Part shown: in pieces, positions 49,090 through 60,891 of the stretch
How the letters are laid out: the number at the start of each line of letters is the position of its first letter
Numbering within the stretch: the stretch's first letter is position 1
Origin: Nymphaea colorata
Lineage: Eukaryota
Direction of reading: 5' to 3'
DNA length: 64,000 bases
Assembly: GCF_008831285.2 (NCBI RefSeq)
Contig: NC_045138.2
Span: 40,114,001-40,178,000 of the forward strand
Notes under the pieces: generated by a model
What the model was told of the DNA's origin: nothing
The model's input: the letters and a program-made list of their open reading frames with translations, nothing else
Databases searched by the model: none
Made by a program: the position numbers and the translations under genes

Positions 49090-50693
49090 ATGGCGCAGGA
49101 AGAGAGTTTCAGGATTGGCAATCATAGATCCGTCAAAAAGCATAAGCAAAAGAAAATCCCTCAACGTGGGCTCGGTGTTGCTCAACTGGAGAAGATAAGA
49201 TTGGAAGAACAACAGAAGACCTTTCCGAACTCTCACTCCTTTCCTCCAATCAGTCTCCCTTCACCTTCAAGTTCTGGCTCTTTGGCGTACAACCATTCCC
49301 AGGATCCTATTTTCTCAATTCCTAATCTCCATCCTCTCTCTTCTTCATCTCCATCACCTCCTCCTTTTCCACCGACTCCGCCATTTATCCCTCTTTCTTG
49401 GTCCAATAATGAACAATATATCAGAAATGTGGAGAACTTTGGCATTCCCATTCCTCACCTTCATGAACCTAACGCGTTCAGGAAGCAGCCAACTCTGGTA
49501 TAGAACAATCCTCTCTCTTCCTTTGCTGTTGTTGTTTTATTTTTATTTTTAAATTCTATGGGTTCTCTCAGAAAGCAGATGCACCAATTCTTTCTCTGGA
49601 TATCTGGTGCAGGTGAATCTTTCACCAACGTCATCTTCTGGAGTTAATCTGCAGATGGAGCCCCCTTCAAACCAAATCTACACCAGTAGCGACACTCCAT
49701 GGCCACAGGAAGACAGGGTATGCGTGTTGTTTCCTTCCACGCCTTCCATCTTTCTTGATGTTTTGGTTGGCACTTGAACCTGCTATTGTGAGGTTTTGTT
49801 TAGGACCAATCTACACGTGATGAAAAGAATTCTGGGTTTTTCTGGTGGAAATTTTGTGAACAGAAGAGTTGCGCGAGTGCAATTTGTGATGGTGAATTTT
49901 CCAAGTGTGTAGTGCAGGTGGTTGGCATCAAGCGGCCCTGGACTTTTCTTAATGATAGCTCAAGTAATTGCATTCCAGAGCATCCAAATAAAATCGAATA
50001 TGGAAAGCCAACTGTCAGGTAATGTTCTTTGTTCTACATGTCGTTCTGCTTTCCTTTCCAGTTTCTGGATTGCTCATTGTAAAAAGTCTTCCTGCTCTCC
50101 GTTTCAGAGATGCGTGTTTGCTCAAAACTTCTCAAGAGATAAACTGGAAAACGCCTCCTGAATTTGATTTTAGAGTGAAAGATAATGGTAGTCTAGATGG
50201 TGCATTTCTCACTCTAGGTCCTTCGTCTTCATCATCTTCCTCGAATTCAAGATCCAAGCAATCCTCTCTTTTGTCTGCTGAGTGCCATGATCTCTATGAA
50301 TACCAAACAAAGCCATCCCAGGTAATGCAGTAGGATGTTGATCCAGAACTTGATGGCTTAGTGGCAGGAATATCTCTCTGCTTGTTATAGGTGGATTTTC
50401 TTCTTACTCAGGATGCTCTTAGAGGTTCCACCAATGGAGATTTGATGCCAAGCTTGAGGTTCAGCGCTGGTGAAAGGTGGAGCGGATTGGCTTGTCACCA
50501 ATTTCATCATCAGCATCACCTTCGTCATTCCTATCGTTGTGACCTTTCTCAGCAATACCAATATCAAACAGGAGATCAGTTCTACAGCTTTTTATGTCCA
50601 GAACCGAGTGCGAGGGCAACCCAGCCAGAAGATGAAAGAGATGCTGATGGGACAGATGAAAAAGCTAGCATTGATCTCAGTTTGAAGCTTTAG
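49090..50693 (+). CDS. SPOROCYTELESS/NOZZLE-family EAR repressor (SPEAR2/4, TIE3/4-like), ~376 aa
   Basis: Exons 49090-49497, 49613-49717, 49918-50018, 50108-50321 and 50391-50693 (GT-AG, frame consistent). SPL motif KKIPQRGLGVAQLEKIRLEEQ, QMEPPSNQ, VVGIKRPW, LDGAFLTLG and a C-terminal EAR motif IDLSLKL. An alternative in-frame ATG lies at 49009. Confidence 0.9.
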
Positions 50694-53600
50694 ATAGAAG
50701 CATGACTCATGCGCTATATTAGCCGATATTGTTGTTATTTTGTTGTTGACATGTTTCTATTTCAGATACAGAGAAATTTAGCAGGTGCTGGATGCTTAGT
50801 TAATAACGTTCGGCAGAATTGAAGCAACACTGAATTATCAATCTTCTTACACGAAGAAGAGTTAGACGGTTTTGGATTAAGTCCTGTATGAAGGCTGCAG
50901 TTGAGCTGCACCTTCCCATTTTGATGACATTTATTTATTTCTGTTTGTACGTTTTCCAAGATACAGTGAGAATTGCCTTTAGCTAGTGATCAGCTTGTTT
51001 TAGTTGTGCAAGTCAGTGGACTGCTAGAGGGGATTGGGAGCTAATTTATATGAAGATCATGCATGTTCTAAGAGTTTTTACCCTCCATTAAATGGATTTC
51101 TGTCGTTTGACATAATAACATGGAATGTTCAACAGTCCAAAAATGAAGAAGTGAGCAACGGTTGACACGCTGTGTTAATGAAATTGAGATCTTCATGCTC
51201 CCGACATATTTACCCACACGTTCATATTTTCAGTTTTTTATGTCTGTGATTATGAGATGGAGGGATAAAACTTCTCATACACTGCATATTCAGAGAGCCC
51301 AATATTTGATTGGCGGCCCCCATGCTATCGTTTGGGCCTCTGGTGCAGAAGGAATGAAATTCACAAAATTATCTTCTCTGATTAGGAAGATTTTTGTGAT
51401 TGAAAAAAATTCAGTGACTCCAGCTAAACTAAGATGAAAGTTTTTTACAGAAGAAGCATCCTGACAACGTGGGTATACACTCAATGTAACTAGAGAGACT
51501 GAGCTGGACAGAGAAATCACATATTCACCCATTTCACGGCTTTAACATGTGCAGTTTCCTTATTATGATTTCTTGGACATGGAAATGATGCTAGAGACTA
51601 GTGAATCGGCAGTGCCAACGGGTCAACTGATACATCACCTACTGTCAAACTTGAAAAGACAACGCAAAGCATGTTTCTATCCTTCAAATTCTTGCCTGTC
51701 TGCCAAAATTTGCATTTGAGCCAGGAAACCAATTTAGCCCTTTTCTAATTGTCTGTATTCTACAGAGAATACTTTGTGTTCAGGGAATGCATGTGACTTG
51801 AAGTACACGGGATGTCTCGACTGCCATGGCTCTCTGGCTGTTGTTGCCTTTCAATCACCTGGTGAACACCCCCTTTTTCCTTTGTGTGTGTTCCTGCTTC
51901 TGTGTTGGTCTGTACCCCAGGTATCCAACATGAAGATGATGAACCTCGAGAGATTTGCTGCTTTGAGGGGCTCCGTTGACAACCTTGCATCACTCGTGAT
52001 TTCCTTGACTCAAACTTCTACTATTTTTCCCAAGCATCATCAACCCCCTTTCACGTCAGCTTTTCTTTTTTGTCAAAGCTCATGACCTGTTCTGCAAGAA
52101 GACTCATTAAAAAAGTAAAGCCATTTTCTGGGCAGGTGCAGTTGCTCATCCTTTGCATGCAACTTGATTGCGCTGACGGTGTCGAGTTGTTCTTTCCTTT
52201 GGGTAAGAGGTAATGGCAATTGAGGATTCAAAACCATCAGCCTGTAAAATTCTGGTTCAATTGGAAGAAAAATTTTCACACTTCACCTGCTGATTTCTGT
52301 CCTTAAGATCCACCAGGAAACCTGTCATCTGTTCTCGTTCGCTTCCATTTAATAAGAAGGTTAAGTCCAGTTTGAACAGTTCTGTGATTGGCATTCATCG
52401 GATAAACTGAAGGGTACTTGATGTCTTGAAAGAGGAAGACGAAGTGCAGTCCCTGAAGGAAAATGAAGGCGATCTGATCGCAAAGTGGGTTAGAGATGGA
52501 GAGGGGATTTGTGGCATTCATCTCATTGTTCATGGGAAAGCTTAAATAGCTAAATTGATGAAAAGACGAAAGAAAAACCAGAATTTTACGATGGCGGATG
52601 GTAACCATATCTGTAGATTTTCATATGCTCACTTATACAAGGCAACCATCCGTGACTTGGTATTGACGCTCACAGTGGGAAAGTTCTTGTTCACCAGCCT
52701 CTGAGTTCTTTGTTTCAAATGGTACAAACAACACAGCCTGGATATTGCTCGTTTGTTCTTTAATGCTTGAAGGCATTTAAAATGTTAATATTCAAGTTTC
52801 ACCTGGAAACTAAAAAGAACTTAAAAATTTTGCAATAATGGCGAGTCAACTCTTAGCCTATAATCAGATAGGCTAAGGCAAGCCAATGAACTTGAATTCA
52901 TTGATATTAGTGGCATTTTGTTGTCTTATGAAACAAACCCAATTCAATTAAGCTAGTAATAACTTAGAGATAAATGACAAAAAGTTATTTTGATTCAGGA
53001 GAAACGTATGCATGCCCCCTGAATCATGTCAACAATGGCAATATGATAAGGCCTAGCATAATTCAATTAATTGATAATTTATTTATATTTCATAGAAGAA
53101 AAGGTAAAGAGCAGTGAGTCCATGAAAATAAGGGCTGTTGAGTTGAAACAAACTGAGGAGATTGAGTCAAAGACAAGAAATTAGAAAAGCTTGGTTGCAT
53201 AATTGTGACATCGACATTAGCGGACGAGAAGCCCTGCAAATTGGGGAGGATTCAATTGAAAACGAATCCTAATGATTCGTTGAATGCGCTGGTAGCAAGC
53301 AATTGAACAAGAAGAAGGTGTGAACTAATACTAAATTGATAAAAATATTTATCTCTCTTGATCGGAATCCGATGTGATGTGACATTATTGAATCCAATAG
53401 CCAATCCATTCTAAGATAAGATTGCACTTTCATCTAGCCAACCCGTTCGACAATCGATTCATGTGGTCTTTTACCCTTGAAACCCTACAGACAGGGCTTA
53501 GACCACGTATTAAATAGCTCAAGTACCAACACGTGATGTTGTCAATAGATAGCAACATATGGCCAATTTTGGAGGCAATGAAGCCGAAAATGCATCCCCA

Positions 53601-53833
53601 TTTACGTGCTAACCGCTAGCAGATACATGCACCGGTCCACAATAAATTTGAATTCAGCGTCACCGCAGTTGACATCAAATATGAGGAATAATAAAACCAC
53701 TAACTATACATTTAGAGAGGATCTTACGATATTATACATGCTAGAGAAAGTGTGAACTTAGTTTCACCTTGATGGCAGTATGCCTTTCCTGGTGTTCGGC
53801 ACGATCATTCTTGGAATTGCCTTGTGACTAGTT

Positions 53834-54086
53834 CGAGGGTGGAGTCAGATTTTTTTTTTTTTTTATAAAGCACTAAATATATATATGGTTAACAAATTTT
53901 CAATTGATTAAAAGACACTAACCTGAATCTCATGAGATTATGTCATATAATAAATGGACTCATATTTACCTAAATTTCAATACTGAACAAGGTTTCAAAG
54001 AGTGGGATTCATGAGACATACGCGCCATAGAGACATAGAGACCCCACCTGCCTCCGCCCCTGAGACCCCACCTGCCTCCGCCCCTG
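53834..54086. mobile_element. hAT-like MITE (same TIR type as 3702) with a duplicated right end
   Basis: Left end CGAGGGTGGAG and right end CTCCGCCCCTG. The terminal 24 bp GAGACCCCACCTGCCTCCGCCCCT is tandemly duplicated (54038-54061, 54062-54085). Confidence 0.6.
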
Positions 54087-54424
54087 AACTACCTCGCTCA
54101 AGCAAGCGCCTATGTAGGACGGTCTTGTTTTATAAGTATGCTTCCACTTAGGGCTTCATAGCTTCGAAATTTAAAAATAGAATGTAGTTTACATATTGTC
54201 CGGACAATTTTCCAGATCTTAGCCCTTTGGATCTTTATGGAACAAGCTAACACCCATGGCATGAAATGCATCATATGCCAAATTCGGTGAGCACCATAGC
54301 TCTGCAATCTAATAACGGATTTGATTCTCAAGGGAAGACAACCCTTCTTTCTTAAAAGATCTCAAGATTTTTTTTTTCCAAAGTTTGAATGTAGAAGCTC
54401 ATTTAAAATTTACGATTGTTTAGA

Positions 54425-54641
54425 AGGTGTTTAATAAGAACATTATGTTAAAAAAAAAGACGTATTCCTAAAATATATATTCAAAGAACATTTCACATTT
54501 TTGCTCTAAAAAACACAATTTGATTCACATCGCTACAAACAACGTCCATAATTACACCATATTTCTCAGATGAACGTGGTCTTCTTGGAACATGAATGAT
54601 ATATATTAACAAATAGAATGTTTTTCTTAATAACGACACTT
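54425..54641. mobile_element. Decayed Tourist-like MITE (family A)
   Basis: Ends AGGTGTTTAATAAGAACATTATGTT and GAATGTTTTTCTTAATAACGACACTT. Length similar to the 1361 copy. Confidence 0.5.
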
Positions 54642-54839
54642 TGCATCTGGCCATTTCGAAAGATATTTATCCACACACATTCCCGCAAGTCATTCAAACA
54701 AAAAACAAAAAAGGAAAAGAAAGCCGTCCTTGGTAAATTGCAAAAAGATCTAGGAAGAAAGTTAAGAATGAAAAAACTGAAAGTCAGTCTTTTTTTTTTT
54801 TTTTTTTGCAAAGTTTGGCAGCAAAATCAGGAAAATATG

Positions 54840-55472
54840 TAGCAATGTACAACTAGTTCAACAAGCTCGTTCAACAAGCTCGGGTTCGACTTGAACTCAC
54901 TAGTATAACTCGAGTTCGACTTGTTTACTAAACCAGTCGAGTTCAAGATCGCGTTAAAACTCGAGTTATAAACAAGTCGAGTTTCAATTACATGACCTTG
55001 ACTTGTTTAAACATGAATCGGGTCGTTTTTTTTTTTTTCATTTCTCCTGTTTTTCATTCTCTCTCTCTTTCTTTCTCATTCTACTTGTTTTTCTTCCTTC
55101 CACCTCCTCTTTCTATCAGGCTGCAACCGCAAGTCCCAAACCAGTTAATAGTGTTTTGGGTTTGACGCATATAGTTGATTTTTGATGTAAGAATGAAATT
55201 TAGGTTGGTACTCTTCACAGAGTGTTTTCGTGCCAACAATTTATGTTTTGGAAAATAACAGTAGAATAATGTTGCAGCCAATTTTTTTTTCCCACAACCT
55301 AAAGAGGATGAGTATTATTATTCTTTGACGAGCTTAAACGAGTTGAGCTCGAGCTGACACTTTGTTAACTTCACCTTACCTCGTAAAGCTCAGGTCAAGC
55401 AGAGCAATATGCGAGTCAAGTCGAGTTCAAACTTGCTCAGCTCGGGTTCAACCCACTCATTGAACATTCCTA
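54840..55472. mobile_element. Non-autonomous hAT-like element with CTCGAG/AAGCTCG subterminal repeats
   Basis: Imperfect TIR TAGCAATGTACAA / TTGAACATTCCTA (11/13). Dense CTCGA/TCGAG motifs at both ends. TSD degenerate (5/8). Confidence 0.6.
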
Positions 55473-55706
55473 ATTACATGTGAACGTCGTAGATTGGTCT
55501 AAATCAGGTCTGGTTCGTATATCATCTGTCTTTGCCTCCACATTCATCTGTCGAGGAACATATCACATGGGATATCGAGAGAAAAATTTTGTCACGTTCC
55601 TACAAACTTATATAACCGGGATATGAAAAACATGCATCAATAATTTATCATCTACATGTGTATGTGTGTGTTTTTTTTCATATAATTGATTGAAAAGAAA
55701 AGGGCA

Positions 55707-55876
55707 TGTAACAACCCGACCTACTCCTGGGTTCGGGCCCCTGGTTCGACAGATCCCAACCCGCCCTTCAAAAAGAGGTTAGAAATCATGACAATCATCT
55801 CATTAGTAACCCCTTTATAAGCCATTGAATATCTTTCACAATTTTCAATACAGAACTAATTTTCTGGGGCGTTACA
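55707..55876. mobile_element. Short solo LTR (TRIM-like)
   Basis: TG...CA termini with short inverted ends TGTAACAACCC / GGGGCGTTACA. 5-bp TSD GGGCA vs GGGCC, internal TTTATAA, length 170 bp. Confidence 0.7.
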
Positions 55877-57414
55877 GGGCCAATCAATCCTTTTTTCTTA
55901 TTTCATAAATATAAGTGCATATTGGCTCATTTCTGCAATGAGGCTGGGCCGATTCAGGCCTTTCAAAAAATCTGCTGATACGTACGATGCCGATTCGAAC
56001 CATATCAACCGATACAGGCCGTTGCATGTAACCAAAAACCATTTAAAAAGTAATTTGAACTTTTGGCATTTTTAAGAGACGCAAGAGGGCCGACATTAAA
56101 CAATGTGTATTGCCTATACACAGGGACGAAACCAGGGTAGGGCCTGCAAGGGCCGTGGCCTTGCTTTAAAAATAAAAAATAAAAAATTTACATGTAAATT
56201 TTAATAATGTTATTTGTCTTATATAAAAATTTTGAAAAACAACATTTTCAGTCAATCTTAAAATTTAAAAACTTTAATTGGGCATCTTTCATAAAAAATT
56301 TCTAGTTGCATATTTATTGTTGGGGGCGTTTGGCTATAGTTATTATGTTTTTTTGAATGTGCTTTAATTTTTTGGAGTAGATAGAGATAATTTGTGGACC
56401 TTTATTTTCAAAAATAAATATTTTAATATATACAAGCAAAAAATGGATCCCACACCGAATCATAAGAGCATTAATACATAAAAAGGCTGCATGAGAACTT
56501 TCGATATGAGTGGAGCTAGGAAGGAGCGCTCATAATTTCTTTGGGGACTTTGATTAATCGTGGGGCATGTTCATACTTTTGCCAAATTCTAAAGCTGCAT
56601 GAGATTTTTTTCTTCTTTTTTTTTTTTCAAAAGAAAAGGAAAAACAACATGGTTTTAATGATTTTGAAGATTCATCGGCACATCTTGGCCCCAGTTTGGC
56701 CTTACAAGGACCACTCTATGAAAAAGCTCAGAACATAAAAAACAAAAAAAATAATAACGCCGAGTCTTTATGCAAAGTCTTCAACTCTATACCTTCATTA
56801 TTGAAATCCTAGCGGGTCAACTAGAGGGCCAATGAAACGCTTGTCATCAATTCGATTTCTGTGGGCACTACTCATCTCGACTACAAACAATGGCAGGTAT
56901 TACTTTCAAGTTAGAAAAAGAAGGCTCCATCTGATTCTTGTAGCGGTTCTAGCCAAATTCTCTTTTCCATAAAATTTGACAATTGATCTTAATTTATTCT
57001 TATTCCATTCATCGCTAGCAAGACTGGAATCAGTTAGGTTGCAGAAAGCAAATTCATTGTAGCCGAAATTGTGTGTGAGATCATGCAATAGATGTCTTTA
57101 GTGAGATCATTACTTGGTTTTCAATTATTCAATTAGAAAATATAAGCTTAAAGGTTTTACAGCAGTAATGGCCATGGCGATTTATAATTTCAGATCTTAA
57201 TCTTGGGCTTTTTTCATTAAAGGATGTGAGTTGGAGATGAACCATTAGAATTTTTGTTTAAGTTTATTGACATATTATGAATTTAGTTAGTTTAACGCGT
57301 CTCGAGTTGTTTCAATTGGAAGACATCTTTATAACAGCACAAAAATTAATTAAGCTACGTGAATTAACTGCTCACAATTATAAATTATAGAACCCGTTCT
57401 TCGTTGCCGACAAT

Positions 57415-57804
57415 CTATGTCACCAGAATGCGGGGTGCGAGTGCTGGTACGGGTGTGGGTGCCGGAACAACACATCCCAAAAAATTTAGGTGCGGCGATG
57501 CGGTGAAGGTATTTTATTATTATTATTATCATTAATATGTTATATATATAACAAAATTTAGGTGCAGCGATGCCGGATGTTTTGTATATATTATTATTAC
57601 AATTTAGTTATTAATGTATATAACATACTTGAATAATTATATTGCATAGAAAAATATCAAAACAACATATATTATATAAGTAATTTAATAATATGACATT
57701 TTTATTAGGCTCGGGTGTGACTTGGAGCTGCAGCCACATCCGGTGCACATCGGACTCGATGAGACTCGAGTGCGGCAGTAAAATAGAAGAGTCCGATGAC
57801 TTAG
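57415..57804. mobile_element. hAT-like MITE with GGGTGCGG-type subterminal repeats
   Basis: TIR CTATGTCACCAGAAT vs reverse complement of the right end CTAAGTCATCGGACT (11/15). 8-bp TSD CCGACAAT vs TCCACAAT. Internal direct repeat AAAATTTAGGTGC(G/A)GCGATGC. Confidence 0.7.
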
Positions 57805-58615
57805 TCCACAATTATTTTTTTATTTGGTCTTAGTTTGTAGACAACAATCATTATTATCTAAAGACCAAAAACAGGAATTTATTTAAAATTGTATTTTTAT
57901 TAGTATATCAGCACATACGGCTCGTATTGGCTAAACCTAAGCTGATTAAAAAGATTTCTTGGCCATAGGCCCCGTATCAACTAATACATTTTTTTTCTCA
58001 CTTCTTTTTATCTTTTCATTTTTTTCACAACCATTTTCTCCTCGTTTTTCATTTGCAACTTGCGGAAACTGCAATTGGATCAAAAGATTTTGTCACTTGC
58101 CGAGCAATGTAAAACCACAAAGCAACCCTTCTTCTCAAGCCAAATCCATAAGGTTGCATTTGATTCTCTATGGATTTCAAATTTCAAACCCGATCAGATC
58201 TAAATCCCACGATAACTGAAATCTACAGTGTTATCAAACTGTGATTTCAGCATCCAAGTTCATGTTGTAATGTAAAAATCATGAATTTGAGATTGGATTG
58301 GGAGAAAGGGGTTTAGACTTCAAAACTATGAATCCAAGATCCATGATGATTGCAGATCCGCAATAATCATACCCAACCTAAAGGTAACCATTATTATTAT
58401 TATTATTTTATATATATATTATATATATATATATAAAAAGAAGTGGCTGATAGAGAGAGAGGGAGCATGTGAGTGAGTAAGTAAAACAACTTGAGCGCAC
58501 CAAGAAGTTGAAATCATTATGTTTTGGATCCCAATGCATGAAGAGATTATGTAGATCTGACAGCGTCACCTCTAAGGAGAATATTGCGCAGTTCCATGAC
58601 CACGGTCTTCAACCA

Positions 58616-58654
58616 AACTCGAACTCGAACTCGAACTCGAACTCGAACTCGAAC
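58616..58654. repeat. (AACTCG)6 hexanucleotide microsatellite
   Basis: Six perfect AACTCG units followed by AAC. Confidence 0.95.
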
Positions 58655-60891
58655 ACCAACTCAATCTCAAAACGCATCTCTTCTTCTTCCTTTCATCCCG
58701 GAACGCGTAAATCAAGGCGCATTTTTGCCTTACCAAACGAACCGAAGCGTTCCGTTCACTAAGCTTCGCATAAATTAACTCTTGGAAAAATACAAGCAAC
58801 ATTTTATTGAAAATTACGGGTTTAAATCTTCTACTGCATACTGAATGTGGCGAAACTTGAAGAATAAGCCGAGCAAGAATATTATTTTTAAAAAAAAAAT
58901 AAAAAAAAGGGAACTAATCACGTGATCCCAGACTTGGAAGCAGAAGGGGAAGCCCCCACAAACTTCTCCTTTTTCATTTTATTAGGATTTTCCAAAATAT
59001 TTTTTTAAGTGAAAGGTTTCTCCCTTTTTTTTTCTTTTCTTTGGCATATTAGTTTGTGAGTGCATGTGTATGTAAGGAGAGACAAAGGGAAAGAGGGGGC
59101 ACATGGGGAGGGGAGGCAAAAGCATGATGCACTCAACTAACCAATTTCACAGCTCATACCTCCATCCCAAATATCATACTATTATTTTTTCATGTTAAAT
59201 GACCGCGTTGCCCCTGTCTAGAGGACTCCCCCCTTTCTCTCTCTATCTCTAAATTACGCAACTGTCAATCCAAATTCAGAATTGTTTATTTGGATTTGGT
59301 TTTCAATTAGATCCAGATTCTAAATGGAAGTTCGTAATCAAACTCGTAGCTGGAAATTGAAGATGTGAGACTTCAGTAAGTCAGATTCCAATAGATTTAG
59401 CAACGAGCTTTTCCAGATAAGTGAGGAGACCGCACCAAAACTAGAAAAGATTGAATCCTTTAGGCTTTTATTTCTAAGTTCATGAAAATACCATATATAT
59501 CAGCCGCCACAAGTCTCCGTCTCAGTTTTTTTAGAATCGGCCGCGTCGGTCGTAATGGCTGATCCGATGCAAGCCGACACAAGGGATTGATTCAAAGAAC
59601 AATTAAAAATCTAGAGTCTGCGATTAGTTCATCTATAAATTGAAAAACAAAGAATTCACCGGTAAGGGCCGAGACAGGCAGATGTGAATCGGTGATGCGA
59701 GATGGATCGGAGACGTTCATTTATAAAGTTGTATTGAGCTGGCCCCATTTGTTATGACCGACCAGGCCCATGATTCCTTTTATAAGGATAACCGTGCTAT
59801 AGGGAGCTAAACTCCATTATATGCATGTGAAGCGGAGCTAATTAACCTGACTTAATCATGCATCCAGCTATCTCGATGGACCTTAAACCAACTTGTCCGT
59901 CCACGAGAATGCAGGTTATGGTCGGTCCGCAAGTTGAACGAACCAAGCAGCCAACCCAACTTCCATTCTAATGCATTGCATCGGGTAGATGTGATTAAAA
60001 ACACACACCGGCTTTGAGCAATGTGCTGGACCAAGTAAGGTATCATCGATTGTCCGCGGCCATTTCATTTCACGAACCTAATTAAACATCTCCTCTTCCA
60101 CCATTAACAACTGCAATTCAACATTTGAATTTAGATGGAGAGTAATTATAATGGGGTTAGCGATTTAATCTCGTTGGTTCATCTCGAGAATCTCTGAAAC
60201 TTAGAGGCAAAGGCTCCTTAAATCCAACATTTATATCGTGTCAGATTGGAAGCTGTCCAACCCATCGGAGGATAAATCACGCATCTAAGTCGGTCGGTAC
60301 TTAACGCGGTTCTCACCGGCCGTCGATTTCGGAAGAATAGTGGCATCTAACGGCGCAGAAGGAGCCACGTCGAGTCACCGGCTTATCCAAACGGAAGACT
60401 GGTCGAGGAAGAGGCGGTCCTCTCGATCATTGACTAAGAATGGACGTAGTTTTCAGTCATTTTAGACTCATTTCCTCTTCCCCACAAAGGCAAAGGCGCC
60501 ATGCCATGGCCCTCTCTCTCTCTCTCGCCCTCCATTGCCCCCAAAACCATCGGTCACGTCTGCACGTGGTTGCTGATTCTGCCAGTTATTAAACTAACCC
60601 TACCTTTCTCTGCAAATACCGTTGGGCTCAATCTTCTTCCTCCCCAACAGCTGGTGCTAGCTGTCCCTTCCCTCTCCATGTGACCTCTCTCTGATCATAT
60701 GATATGATATGAGATGAGATGCTCATCTCCTCCTCATAAATCCGATTTTTAGCAGTGGCAGTCACCTACCATCCAGCCGGAGAGCACCAAAAAGGAAAGG
60801 GCAAAGAAGAAGAAGAAGAAGGAGGAGGATCGTATCATAGTTGTCCGTCCGTCTCTGAGGAGAGCGCATTCGCCAACGCCACCGGCGTTTA

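Noticed and set aside
58508..58802. ORFs with SNSNSN / TRTRTR / poly-Ser repeats, or a CRISPR-like array
   Set aside because: A simple hexanucleotide microsatellite with no spacers. There are no cas genes or any prokaryotic signature in the window.
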